This document shows, piece by piece, positions 27,040 to 38,714 of a stretch of 64,000 nucleotides of DNA. Within the stretch, counting starts at the first letter, position 1, and the number at the start of each line of letters is the position of its first letter. Source of the stretch: Camelus ferus (taxonomy: Eukaryota); contig NC_045707.1 of the NCBI RefSeq assembly GCF_009834535.1, forward strand, positions 62,064,001 to 62,128,000, in the 5' to 3' direction. A program made the translations under genes and the position numbers. Below the pieces are notes generated by a model that did no database searches, was not told the origin of the DNA, and saw only the letters and a list, made by a program, of their open reading frames with translations.

Positions 27040-27520
27040 GTGATCATTTGAATAATTGGTCCTAACTCTTGGCTCTTCCTTCTCATTTTCTTTGCCAGGT
27101 GACTTTGTGTTTCCTTCCAGGGAATGGAGCAGAGTGTATTTTTCTACTGCTTGACTTTAGGTTCAAATGTGTGTTTTGTGTCGGTCAATATAAGGAAACA
27201 CAAGTGACAAGTGCTGATGCCCTGAAGAGACCCTGTGTGTTTCCACTTGTTCCTTTGCATCTCTGCCATCACCACTGTGGGGAGCTTCCCCTGGTAGCTA
27301 CTGTTCCCTCGGGCTTCACCCAAGAATAAGCACATAGCGGAGACACGACACCAGATCTCAGCGTGGAGAGTATTCTTGTTCAGAGAGGTCCATGGCTTAA
27401 AGCAGAGCCATCCCCAGCCAAGTGTAACCAACATCAGCTTGCACCCAGCAGTGACATCATTAAATAGTTATCATTGTATGCCATTGAAGATTTGTGACAA
27501 TTTTATATGCAGTATTACTC
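27040..27520 (+). mobile_element. MaLR solo LTR (MLT1I/J-like)
   Basis: gtttccacttgttcctttgcatctctgccatcacca...aagcagagccatccccagcc...attaaatagttatcattgtatgccattgaagatttg. Confidence 0.7.
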
Positions 27521-28019
27521 CTCCATGTATGGGTAAATATGTTTCATGATCTAAAATTATATATGTCCCTCTATTCCAGACTGGAGCTATGCCATTTGAT
27601 TTGTATCCCATCAACTGAATCAGAAAATAGGATTTGTTGTAGTCCATAAAACTGACAATGTCTCCTTTCTTCAAGCAGCATTGATGTAAGATGATAATGG
27701 ATTTTAACAGAAAGTCCTTTGCTTAATCACCATCAAAGGAGCCTTGTACGCAGCTCCCAGATGAGGGATGACTTTGTAGTTAAAGGCGTGGAACAACTGT
27801 AAATGATAAGTCACCAAGTACTTGAAAGAGATATTATGGCACCGCCACAGGATAAATGTTTATATTTTAATTCAGCACTGCATTCTCATAAAATATTATG
27901 CAAAACAGAGCTCAGTATGACTCAGGAATTTAAGTGATTTGTGTGTATATGTGTACACGTTGTTGAGGGATTGGAAAGAAAGTGAAAAAGTAGGAAATAG
28001 CCTTTTTGAATCTCTGAAC

Positions 28020-29157
28020 TTAATCCTAAAATTCTGTTCCTCTAATATCACTCTGAGTGCCAAAATCCATACGAGTCAGGGTTCTCCAGAGAAATAAAAC
28101 TAGTAGAATATATAAATAGATATATAGAAAGAGATTTATTATGAGGGATTGGCTCACACAATTATGAAGGCTCAGAAGTACCCCTGTCTGCCTTCTCACA
28201 CCCGGAAACCCAGACAAGCTGGCGGTGGAATTCTAGTCCAAACCTGAGAATTATGGGAGCCGATGTCGCAGAGCAGAAGATGGTGTCTCAGCTCAAGCAG
28301 ACAGAACAAATTTTCCCTTCTTTTGTCTTTTTGTTCTTTCCTTCCCCAGCTTTATTGAGATATAATAGACTGTATAGCATTGTGTAAGTATAATTTGCAC
28401 AAAGTGAGAACATTTAAGATCTACTCTTCTAGCAACTGTTAAGTATACATACGGTATTGCTAACTGTAGTCACTGTGCTGTATGGTAGATCTGTAGTCAG
28501 TGCATAGATCTCCATCTTTTTTTAGGGTCAGTCATTGTAGCTTCATTAGTTTCTTTTCGTGGCGTCCGTTATTCATGATCCTAGTGGTCTTGCATTGGTG
28601 CCTGTGCATTTGAGGAAGGAGATACCTCTTCTAGACTTTATAGACTGGCTTTGGCAGGGAAAGCCCTTTACCGGTTTCTGAGAGGACTCTCCGTGTTGTC
28701 TTGGGCTGGCTTCCTGTTAGAGTCAGTCCTCTGGCGGGCAGTTTTGGTGCCCGGGTCAGCACACGAGCAGACCTGGAGCCTGAGATCACTGAGGTGCTCT
28801 TGGCACTTGAGTCTGCGGGGATGGATGTGGGACCCATGTCTCTGTGGGCCAGCCCGGATCCTGGGTCTGTCAGGGCTGACCAGGCGCTGGTGGCCACTGG
28901 GGTGCGCCTGGCGATGGGAGCCTCTGGGGCCAGCTTGGAGACTGGCTCTGCAAAAGACAGAAGTCTTTTTGTTCCATTCAGGGCCTGAGAGGACTGGAGA
29001 ATGCCTCCCACGTTGGTGAGGGTAAGCTTCTTTACTTAATCTACTGACTCAGTGCTTCTCTTCCAGAAACAGTCTTACAGACAAACCCAGAAATAGCATT
29101 TTACCAGCTACCCGGCCATCTCAGCCCAGTCAAGTCAACACATAAAATTATCCATCA
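28020..29157 (-). mobile_element. MLT2B-like ERVL LTR with adjoining start of internal region, split by an L1 insertion
   Basis: gtcagggttctccagagaaa...gagatttattatgagggattggctcacacaattatg (28070-28336) resumes at 28975 and ends cagcccagtcaagtcaacacataaaattatccatca. 28020-28064 resembles the ERVL-int start (gattttggcac...agaggaacagaattttagg on the minus strand). Confidence 0.85.
28337..28962 (-). mobile_element. Internally deleted L1 (L1M2/L1MA9-like 5'UTR + ORF1 start fused to 3' end)
   Basis: Perfect 12-bp TSD gtctttttgttc (28325-28336 / 28963-28974). L1 3' terminus at 28337-28492. ORF1 N-terminal remnant from ATG at 28609 (MHRHQCKTTRIMN / TPRKETNEATMTDPK / MEIYAL, frameshifted). GC-rich 5'UTR beyond. 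Confidence 0.8.
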
Positions 29158-29849
29158 AGGTACTTCTAAAATCAAAGATTCAGTCTCTGGTAGTTGTGGG
29201 AAGTAACTAGATTTATAATAAGGGGCAGAAGTAATGGTGGGATAGACGTTTTCAATTTTGTCTTGTTTTTTCTGGCCATACCCTGACATTTGTATTCATT
29301 CACAAGAAGTATTTAATAAGTTTATGCACGTGGATGCTTTAGCAGAAGCTATGGGAAATAGGAAAACAGCAAATATAATTTCTGACCTATGGGGCTTTGA
29401 AATCTAAGGATGTCAAAACACTTACATAGGAAACAGCCAGTAAGTTAAAATATGCCGTGTTGGAGTCCACATTTTGCACAACTGAACTTCAGTGATCTTG
29501 AAACTATAAGTATCAAATACCCAAATCTATGGCCAGTATTATTTGGATTATAAAACTGATTAGCCTGGTTATGAATGCAAGTCATTAAAAAACTAGGAAA
29601 CATAACAAAAGCCACATTTTCCCCTTCATTTCTGAGACTGACAGAAACTCCTTCTTGCTGTTCATGCATAGAAAATAGATAATCCAATATTCCTACCAAC
29701 TGAACAAAACTGAATTTTAAAAAGTTTATCTCTCGATCAAGCCAATGCTAATGGGTTATCCCATCACTTATACTGGAGAAAATGAAGCAAATGGTTTGGA
29801 ACTGCTTCTCACACGAAGACCAGGCTGAGAATACACTAGGTCAGTACGA

Positions 29850-29960
29850 CCGGAATACGCCCTTCGCTGACTCAGCCACAGTACCTTTGCGAGTGTGGCA
29901 GGATTTTACACTCTCTCTGACATGATTCCTCATCCGTATAATGGGGATGCAATAGTACTG
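29850..29960 (+). mobile_element. MIR fragment
   Basis: gactcagccac...ctctctgacatgattcctcatccgtataatggggatgcaatagtac. Confidence 0.7.
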
Positions 29961-30309
29961 GTAGTCTGTCCTTGGGCAGTGGAGGTGCTCTGTTGCTGGC
30001 ACAGTTTGGGGCAGTAAGTGGTGTGGGCAATGGACCTAAAAGGCAGAAGAGCTAGAGAGTGAGGCATTTCTCAATATTCTGGGGGGTGGGGAGTTGACAA
30101 TGGGAGAAACTGCCTGCTTGTATCTAAAAATTATAATTAGTACTGGAAGGTTCCAAGAAGAAACAGGCCAGGGGGCTGATCAAAGGGGAAAGGGTCTGAT
30201 TATGTATGACTAACAAATGGTAGGCATGCAGATGTTTGCCATCTGTTGGCTAAAGTAAGAAAAGAAAGGCCACTCCCACCGCAGTTATCTGAGTGTACTG
30301 AGGACTTTT

Positions 30310-30917
30310 TAAAATTATTATTGAATTATAGTTGATTTACACTATTACGTTAGTTTTGAGTGTACTGAGTATTTTTAATTCTTTTTTATTATTAATGTAT
30401 AGTTGACTTACAATATTCTATTAGTTTAGGTACAGAGTAGTAATTTGAAATTTTTATAGATTATACTCTATGCAAAGTTATTATAAAATATTGACTATAT
30501 TCCCTGTGCTATTCGTTACATCCTTGTGACTCACCTATTTTATACTTAGTAGTTTGTTCCTTTTAATTTGCTTCACCCACTTTGTCCCTCCCCCAACCCC
30601 TCTTTCCTCTGGCAACCACCAGTCCATTTTCTATATATGAAAGCAACCCAAGTGTCCATCAACAGATGGATGCATAAAGAAGATGTGATACACACACACA
30701 CACACGCACGCACACACACACACAATGGAATATTATTCAGCCATAAAAAAGAATGAAGTCTTGCCATTTGCAACAACATGAATGGAACTGGACAGTATTA
30801 TGCTTAGTGAAATAAATCAGACAGAAATATCAAATACTCTGTTTTCACTTACATGTGGAATCTAAAAAATGCAACAAATGAACAAACATATCAAAGCAGA
30901 TACAAACTCACAGATAC
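30310..30917 (-). mobile_element. L1 with 5' inversion (30377-30917) plus a separate ~47-bp L1 tail (30310-30356)
   Basis: Minus-strand 3'UTR to ~30636, then a plus-strand segment (aagcaacccaagtgtccatc...aaactcacagata). Target-site motif tgagtgtactgag-like at 30290, 30357 and 30918. Confidence 0.85.
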
Positions 30918-33619
30918 TGACTGTGCTGAGCATTTTTCAAAGAAGAAATAAAAGACCTACTAAGATGTAAATAAATGAGCATCTCCTGTAGGAACAGTTT
31001 GTGAGAAACCTCCGTAGGCTTTCCACCTGCCAGCAGAAAGGGCTTACTTTGGAAGCTGCCACTAAGAACCACTCTCCAATCAGAATGGGAATACAGACAT
31101 AAAACAATAAAAAGAAAACGCTTATTTAGAACTTAATTTATGATTTTCATTGGAAATTAAATTGAAAAAGTCACATTTTGCACATAGGAAATGAGGATGA
31201 TGGTGACTGGGTTGGCAAGTGATTTAAAAGATAAGAAGAATGCTATTGCCAGGATATTCCTGGGATTTTCATGTTTACACCTTTTTCTTCTCGAAGAGAG
31301 GATTAAGTCTATCAGGTGGGGAACTTTGTCTCTAGAAACTGCTCTAAAATGGTCAGAAAAATAATCTTGGGACTTTAAAAACTACATACTTAATAATATA
31401 TGCATTTTTTGGTAAATAATTTAAATTATTTTATTGGGAAAATTGGTTCTACTTAGGTGAACGAAGGCACTGAGATGGATACCCCGCGGGCTGATGAAAT
31501 AAGAGAAAATTAGCTCCCTTCAAACTACTTTCTGATGAAGTTTTACATAGGAGAGAACATTGGAATGGAGTTAGATAAGATATGTTTGCTGAGTTGAAAT
31601 CTTTTCCATAAATTTACAGATATGCTTCTTATCCAGATTTGGTCAAAGTTTAACCTTAAGGGTGCAAAACTATCATGGGCTGGAGAGTTGTACTAAAGTT
31701 AGAACAAAATAGCTATTAGATGTAACTGTGCTCTCAGAAATTATGGGTTAGGTTTATATAACTTTTGATACATCTTAAAAAGGTATGATAGATCTAGTTG
31801 AGTTCGGAACTTTACTCAATAAACTGGAGAAAACAATGAGATCTAAAATTAAGTCTAATCAGACATGTTCCTCAGAGTGAAAGGAATTATTTGATAATGA
31901 TGCTAATTTGAATGAAGAAAATGTTTTTATCACTAAAATCATTTTCGAAATTTAAATTTTGGAAATAATAATACTTGCACTCAAATAGAAATGGGAAAGT
32001 TTAAATAAGGTGATTTAAAGTTAAAAGATTTATAGTCGTCTAATTATCTGTTTTCTATGACAATGTCTGTGATTTTGCTAAAGGCAAACGGGTATTTCTT
32101 GGAAAGCTATTGTTGGATACCTGATATGCTGAAATGTGCCTGGGCTGTGTTTGCCTCATTCAGTAAGGAGGGAAACCTAATATCTACATTTCTGATGTTC
32201 TTATATAATGGATTTTTTAGTTGTGATTTTAACTGCCATTTGTGACCTGACTCTCAGGTCCCAGATAATAGTCTGAAGTATATATGGACTCGAACAAAAA
32301 TATTAAGCTTTAACTATTTGGGTAAATAAGGCCCAAATGTAATTATTTTAATTGTTCCTTTTGAAATTTGAAATGATCTATTTTAGAAATTACATTCAGA
32401 AGTAAGGTATAATTAAATGGAAAATTTACTAAAAATGTGCTAGAGATGTTTTAAATCTCTGCTGTTGACTTTATCTAGGCTACTTCATCTTCTCACAAAA
32501 ATAAGAACTCTGGTCTGAGACTTTCATGACTGAGGGCATACTTTTTTTGTGTTAGAGAACTACTGGAAAAAAACTCTATTGGATCCAAGAGAAGGACCAC
32601 AGTCTGAAATAGCCACAGTTAAACCCAGATTTGGAAAGGGGATTTGAATGAGGCTTGTTTAGAAGCTACTAGGATAAATGGAAATGAGAAAGGAGCTAAG
32701 CAGTGGGATTGAAACAGAGCAGTGGGACATTTTGGCTCATGTGGAAAGAGAGGGGTTGGTATAGAATTTTTAAAATCCTAAAGCCATTATCTCTGCTTTC
32801 CTTCTTTTTAAAAAAACTGATCTGCTCTAAATATATGGGGGGGGGGTTCAAAATATGATGCTGGGTGTTTCGCACAGCATTTCCTCCAGAGAAGGATGAG
32901 TTTCTACTTTCTTTGTTAATTTTATTTTTCCTTTTCTGGTTGTCTGTGCTTTTACATCTGCATAGTGCTGTAAGTGGGGTCATCAATGTTGAAATACTAT
33001 GCAGCCAAATTTTAAATATCTGTGCTGGGGTAAAAAGAAAAAAAAATGCAAAATCACCATTCTGTTCCAATGCTTTTGAAATATTGTGAACTTCACTTCT
33101 AGGTAATTATGGATCACTTTAGTCTCCTCTGAAGCCTACCCTAGGCTGGTAAGAAACATACCAGTTGGGAAAGTTGTAGGTTTCAACACAAAGAACATCA
33201 GACTTATGAGAGAAAAATATACATTTTTACGTGTGAAATGAAAATACTTAATCTCTTTCACACGGCAGGCACTTAATAGAAGTGACTAACTGAAAGAATG
33301 AACGTGTAAAGAGTGACGAGGTATAATGGGTTGTGAAGAATCAGGGTTCAAGAAATATTAGGAATTATTTTGTATGATTTTTAAAAATTTGAAATATATT
33401 TTGAGGTCATCATGTTGTGAGAAAAGAGGGACAAGGATGTATATAGAAGAAAACATATGTACTGATGGCTTAAGAGAATCTGATGGACTTTCCTTAAGAG
33501 ATACATTGTGAAATCAGTGAAATAAGAAAAAATTGGCTTAGAGTTGTACAAATTTGTATTGCCGAAGGAGAGAGGCTGGAGGAAATGATAGTGAATGAAT
33601 CAACCATACCTCAATAGAT

Positions 33620-34900
33620 GAAACTATAAAACTCCTAGATGAAAACATAAGCAGTAAATTCCTTGACATCAGTCTTGCTGATGATTTTTTTGAATTTGAC
33701 ACCAAAAGCAAAGGCAACAAAAGCAAAAGGAAACAAGTGGGGCTGCATCAAATGAAAAAGCTTCTGCACAGCAAAAGAAACCATCAACAAAATGAAAAGG
33801 CGATCTACTGAAGAGGATAAAATATTTGCAAATCGTATACCTGATAAGGAGTTAATAGCCAAGAAATATTTTTAAAAAACACCTACAACTCAACATCAGA
33901 AAACCCCAAACAACTTGAGTAAAAGTGTGAATAGGACCTAAATGGACATTTTTTCCAAAGAAGACATACAGACGGCCAATAGGTGCATGAAAGATGGTCA
34001 ACATCAGTAATCATCAGGGAAACGTAAACCAAAACCACAATGAGATATCACCTCACACTTGTCACAATGGCTATCATCAAAAAGACAAGAAATAATAAGC
34101 GTTGGCAAGGATGTGGAGGAAAGGAAACCCTTGTGCATTGTTACTGGAAATGTAAACTGGTACAATTACTATGAAGAAATAATATGAAGCTTCCTCAAAA
34201 ATTAAAAATAGAATTACCATATGATCCAGCAATTCCATTTTTAGGTATTTATCTGAAGAAAACAAAAACACCAACTCAAAAAGTTATATGTACCCTATGT
34301 CATTTTAGCATTATTTACAATAACTGAGATATGAAAATAATCTAAATGTCCATTGACAGATGAATGAATAAAGAAAATGTGGTACATATACAATGGAATG
34401 CTAAACAGCTATAAAAAGAATGAAATCTTGCCATCTGCAGCAACATGATGGATCTTGAGGGCATTAAGCCAAGTGAAATAAATCAGACAGAGAAAGACAA
34501 ATGCTGTATCATCTCATTTATATGTGGAACCTAAAAACAACCCCAAAACCAACTTCATAAATACAGAGATCTGATTGGCTGTGGCCAGAAGTGGAGGCTG
34601 GGGGTGGGCAAAATGGGTAAAGGGAGTCAGAAGATACAAATTTCCAGTTATAAAATAAATAAGTCATGAGTATGTAATGTGTAGCATGGCAACTATAGTC
34701 AATAAAACTGCATGAATATTTGAAAATTGCTCAGAGAACAAATTTAAAAGTTCTAATCATAAGAAAAAAATTCTGTAACTACATATGGTAACGGTGTTAA
34801 CTAGACATTGTGGTGATCATTTCAAAATACATATAAATATCGAATCACTATGTTGTACATATGAAACTAATATAATGTCAATTATACCTCAATAAAAAAG
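33620..34900 (+). mobile_element. 5'-truncated L1 (L1MA8/9-like): ORF2 C-terminal remnant + 3'UTR
   Basis: aaactataaaactcctaga...aaaagcttctgcacagcaaaagaaaccatcaac...aaaaccacaatgagatatcacctcacac...ccatatgatccagcaattcc...gtcaattatacctcaataaa. Many stops and frameshifts. Confidence 0.93.
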
Positions 34901-35413
34901 GACAACAATTTTAAAAAACCCACAAAGTGTTTTTTATACTTTCATTTTATACAAGAGGCGACTCCAGTGTTCACCTAGAGCAAAATGCTAAGTAATGGAA
35001 TTGTTACAAGTTGACTAAAAATTCTAATTATATGGTTTGGCTGTAACTTTTATGTATGGTACAAGATGCTGAATAATGATATTATTGAATTATGAATTTG
35101 CCAAAAAAATCTAACTAGATGGTTAGGGTTTTTGACTTTCTTTTGGTATTTTCTATAATGACTAAAATATCAGTCAAAAAACTATTTGAACATATGACAT
35201 ATTGCTGTCTTCATTTTACATTTGAGATTGAACCAAGTACCTCATCTAAGATAGCACCTCAGGTAAATTGTAGGTCAAAAATAAAGATTAGATGACTCCC
35301 AAACCAGTGCTCTTTCTGCTCATGAAGGTCTCCTGGAGTTCAGTTAGGGAGGAGAGCTTCACCTGAAATATGCACACCATATTTATCTTATTAAAAATAT
35401 TAAATACGGGGGA

Positions 35414-35545
35414 GGGGAGGGTATAGCTCAGTGATAAAGAGCATGCTTAGTATGCATAAGGTCCTGGGTTCAATCCCCAGTACCTCCGTTTAAAAAAAAA
35501 TAAATAAAAACATAATTATCACCCCTAAAAAGAAAAAAATAAAAA
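35414..35545 (+). mobile_element. tRNA-derived SINE, camelid Vic-1-like
   Basis: ggggagggtatagctcagtg...gcatgcttagtatgcataaggtcctgggttcaatccccagtacctcc with an A-rich tail; degenerate TSD attaaatac / attaaacac. Confidence 0.92.
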
Positions 35546-35559
35546 AAATTAAACACAAG

Positions 35560-36500
35560 GATGGGGTGAAAAGAAGTGATGTCAGTGGGTTTTGTGTTTT
35601 CGGGTGATTAGGGGGCTCTCAAGTGAAGTGATAATGTAGAGAGATCTAAGCAAGGAAAGCGATCCTTCCCAGAATACGGAGAGGGCGAAGAGCAGGGCAT
35701 TCCAGGCAGAGAGAAGAAATGCCCGCGCCCCGAGGTGGAAGCTTACGCGGTATGCCTGGCGACTCATAAGGAGGTCATTGTGGCTGGAGCTCAGGTGCCA
35801 AGTATCAATGCCTGTTCAAACACCAAGTGGCAGTGGCAGTGGCAGTTCAGGGGAATGTTGGGGCTGGGAAAACATTGCAAGATAATCAACTTATCAATGG
35901 CATCCAAAGGCACAGGACAGGATTAGGTCATTAACAGAGTAAGGTAGTTGACAAATGAGGTCCAAAGACTGAACTTTGGAGCACTCCAGACTTTAAAATT
36001 AAAATAAATAAATAAATAAATGAATAGGATCTGGAAAATGCCTGAAGAGGGGAGAAAATGAAGAAAAAAAGAGAAGGCCAAGAGGAGGAAATATTTCAAA
36101 AAGGAGTGGTCAGTTTTGTCAAATGCTGGTCCCATAAGATGGTGGATAATTATTGACATTGGGTTTGCCAGTGCAGAGCTCAATGGTGGTAGAATGAAAT
36201 TTGGAGAGAGTCGTGGAGAGGAAAGTCTGTTTAGAGTAGATTTAGAAGAAAGATGAGGCAGTGGTAAATATACAGCAAAGGTAAATCATTTTAAGTGCTT
36301 TGTAGAGAAGGAAAGTAGAGGAAAAGGTTGTAGGTGGAGGAGAAGTGTTTCAAGGGAAGTTTATTTGCTGTGATAGGAGATATTATAGTATGTCCATGTG
36401 ATAACTTTTTAAAAATCGATGAAGGAAAAATTCTGATAATCTAAAAGGGGACAAGTGGGAAATAGTCTAAGTGAAATCCTTCCAAAAATCAAAACATTGA
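35560..36500 (-). mobile_element. L2 LINE remnant
   Basis: gggcattccaggcagagag...cattgtggctggagc; ggagtggtcagttttgtcaaatgctg. Confidence 0.7.
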
Positions 36501-36849
36501 ACAGGGTAGAAGAGGCATTTTTATCAGGATGGAGATACCCTCAGGGGCTCTATATATTTGACCACTATGAGAAACTTTTACCTCTGTGCAACTCTGTTGA
36601 AAATGACTTGGAAATAGGCTAGCTTGTGGCTGGATACAATTTATAAGAAAGATAAAATCTATGTATTTATGCATCTAATAGGAGCTATTTTAAATTGTTA
36701 GTGTAAGAAGTGTATTTATGGCTTCGTGTGGGGACTCTTTAATAATGCCTATTATCTTTGGTAGATGCACATGGATATTGACTCATCTGAATTAATTAGT
36801 ACCATTAGTCATAGAATCTTACAATATGTCTGTGGATTTGCTTTTGTCT

Positions 36850-37235
36850 TCACTTTTACTGAAGTACAAGGAGGCTAAGTGACTTGCCAATGAACATCAA
36901 ACATGTTGGTAAAGAAGCCAAGAATAGATCCTAAGATCTTGACTCCAAGTTATTTATGTCACTGTATTTATTGACTTCACCTTCTGCTTAGTCATTTGTT
37001 GGGCACATTTACGATAAATATAATGAAAAGCGACACTCCAATGCTTTAAATAGAGGCCGTACTTCACACCCGTGGCAGGATGGAAAGAAAATAAGTCTGT
37101 GAGGCATATGGATTCTTGACTGAAGTTTCATAATAACCAACTGGATCATTCACTTAATGGTCTAATTAATTCTTCGGGCCTCAGTTTCCACATCTGTAAA
37201 ATTGATGCAGTGGTTTCTTAGGTCCCTTTTAAGAC
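36850..37235. mobile_element. Two MIR fragments (minus ~36850-36965, plus ~37100-37235)
   Basis: gaggctaagtgacttgccaa...gactccaag and gggcctcagtttcccacatctgtaaaat. Confidence 0.65.
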
Positions 37236-37516
37236 CCACACTCTGTTTTTCTAGGAGATGATAATTGAGGATTTGGTCATTTTAACTTCATCTGGATGGT
37301 GACTGACTTTATCGTGGAGGGTTCCTTAGTCCCCCTGGTTTTTATCAGAAATTCTTAAAGTACACATTCTTAGGGATTATCTCATCACAGGCTCCACTGG
37401 GAAGTCCATGTCCTTCTCCCAGAATGTTAGCCAATTTGGCTTCCTTAACATAGAATCAAAGAAGTATATAGCAATATCATAACGTTTCACAAGAGATCTC
37501 ATCTGTTTTTTTGGGG

Positions 37517-37600
37517 ATCTATCTATCTACCTACCTACCTACCTACCTATTATCTATCTATCTATCTATCTACCTATCTATCCATCCATCCATCTATCTA
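37517..37600. repeat. Compound tetranucleotide repeat (TCTA)/(CCTA)/(TCCA)
   Basis: Directly visible. Confidence 0.95.
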
Positions 37601-38024
37601 GTGACTGAAAAAGTGTCTAGGACATAGTAACTCAATGAAGACTTGTTTTATGAATGAATTATTAAGGGAAAAAAAGAGCTAGAAATCTGCCCTCAGTAAT
37701 TCCATTGGCATAATGCCCATGATAAATGTACTAGACAAATAATAAAGTTATCATGACTTTAAATGTTTCTCATTACCCCTCCTCCACTTCAAGTCCTAAT
37801 CCTCAGAAGTTATCTTCTTTAATTTTTTGTTTTCAGTTTCTGAGTGTTACAACAATTCTAATTAAAGTGCGTTCACCTGTATTTTTTGTCGTCAGTTCTC
37901 TATGCTTTGAAAGATTTGACGAAGTGTTTCCCTGCACTAGTTTGCCCATCTGTATACTTTCCAAAGTTTTGTTTCTGATGATATTAAATTTTAAACTTTT
38001 TCTGATGTTTATCTCCATCTATTC

Positions 38025-38374
38025 TCTTTTAAAAATTTATGTAAGTAAAATATAGTGATTCACAACTTTTAAAGGTTATACTCTATTTTTAGTTATAAAA
38101 TATTGAATATATTCTATGTGTTGTACAATACATCTTTGTAGCATATTGTATACCTAGTAGTCTGTACCTCTTAATGCCCTACCCCTATATTGCCCCTCCC
38201 TCCACTCTCCTCACTAGTAACCACTAGTTTATTCTCCATATCTGCGAGTCTGCTTCTTTTTTGTTCTATTCACTAGTTTGTTATGCGTTTTCTTAGATTC
38301 CACATATAAGTGATATCACACAGTATTTATTTTTCTCTGTCTGATTTATTTCATTTACCATAATGCCCTCCAAG
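38025..38374 (-). mobile_element. L1 3'UTR fragment (laurasiatherian type)
   Basis: gtaaccactagtttattctccatatctgcgagtctgcttc...agattccacatataagtgatatc...ataatgccctccaag. Confidence 0.88.
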
Positions 38375-38714
38375 CCTTTCTTTATTCTTAAATCTCTGTT
38401 TCTTTTTATTCCAAATCTTTTAATATCTTTTAAATTCTATATTTAAATGGATTTGCTTCTTGTCTCTGCTTCATAAGATGAGGAAATTAGCACCCAGCTG
38501 CTGCCCTTGGCTGCTTCTCATTCTCTACACGCAGACCTTCCTCACTGTGTCACTCATTTGACATGAGGGTGTGCTGGTTCCTTGTGGTGACCCAGCTCCA
38601 CCGTCACCCTCGTGAAACATTTCTCCCGGTTGCGATGAGATTCTGCTTTGATTCTGTAAATGGAGGCAATTAATGGGAAGGGGAGGAGATAAGACGTATT
38701 TTCCTGATGCTGGT

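Noticed and set aside
27471..27791. Possible exon or processed pseudogene around the duplicated segment (KKGDIVSFMDYNKSYFLIQLMG...)
   Set aside because: Stops occur in the reading frames I translated on both strands, and I recognise no protein; a blastx search would be needed to revive it.
28631..29019. Three overlapping 95-126 aa ORFs in a GC-rich patch
   Set aside because: They fall in the L1 5'UTR remnant; high GC explains the lack of stops; no recognisable domain.
33606..34894. atacctcaata at both ends of the L1 as a possible TSD
   Set aside because: The right copy is part of the L1 3' terminus upstream of the tail, so it cannot be a TSD; likely chance or another L1 tail remnant.
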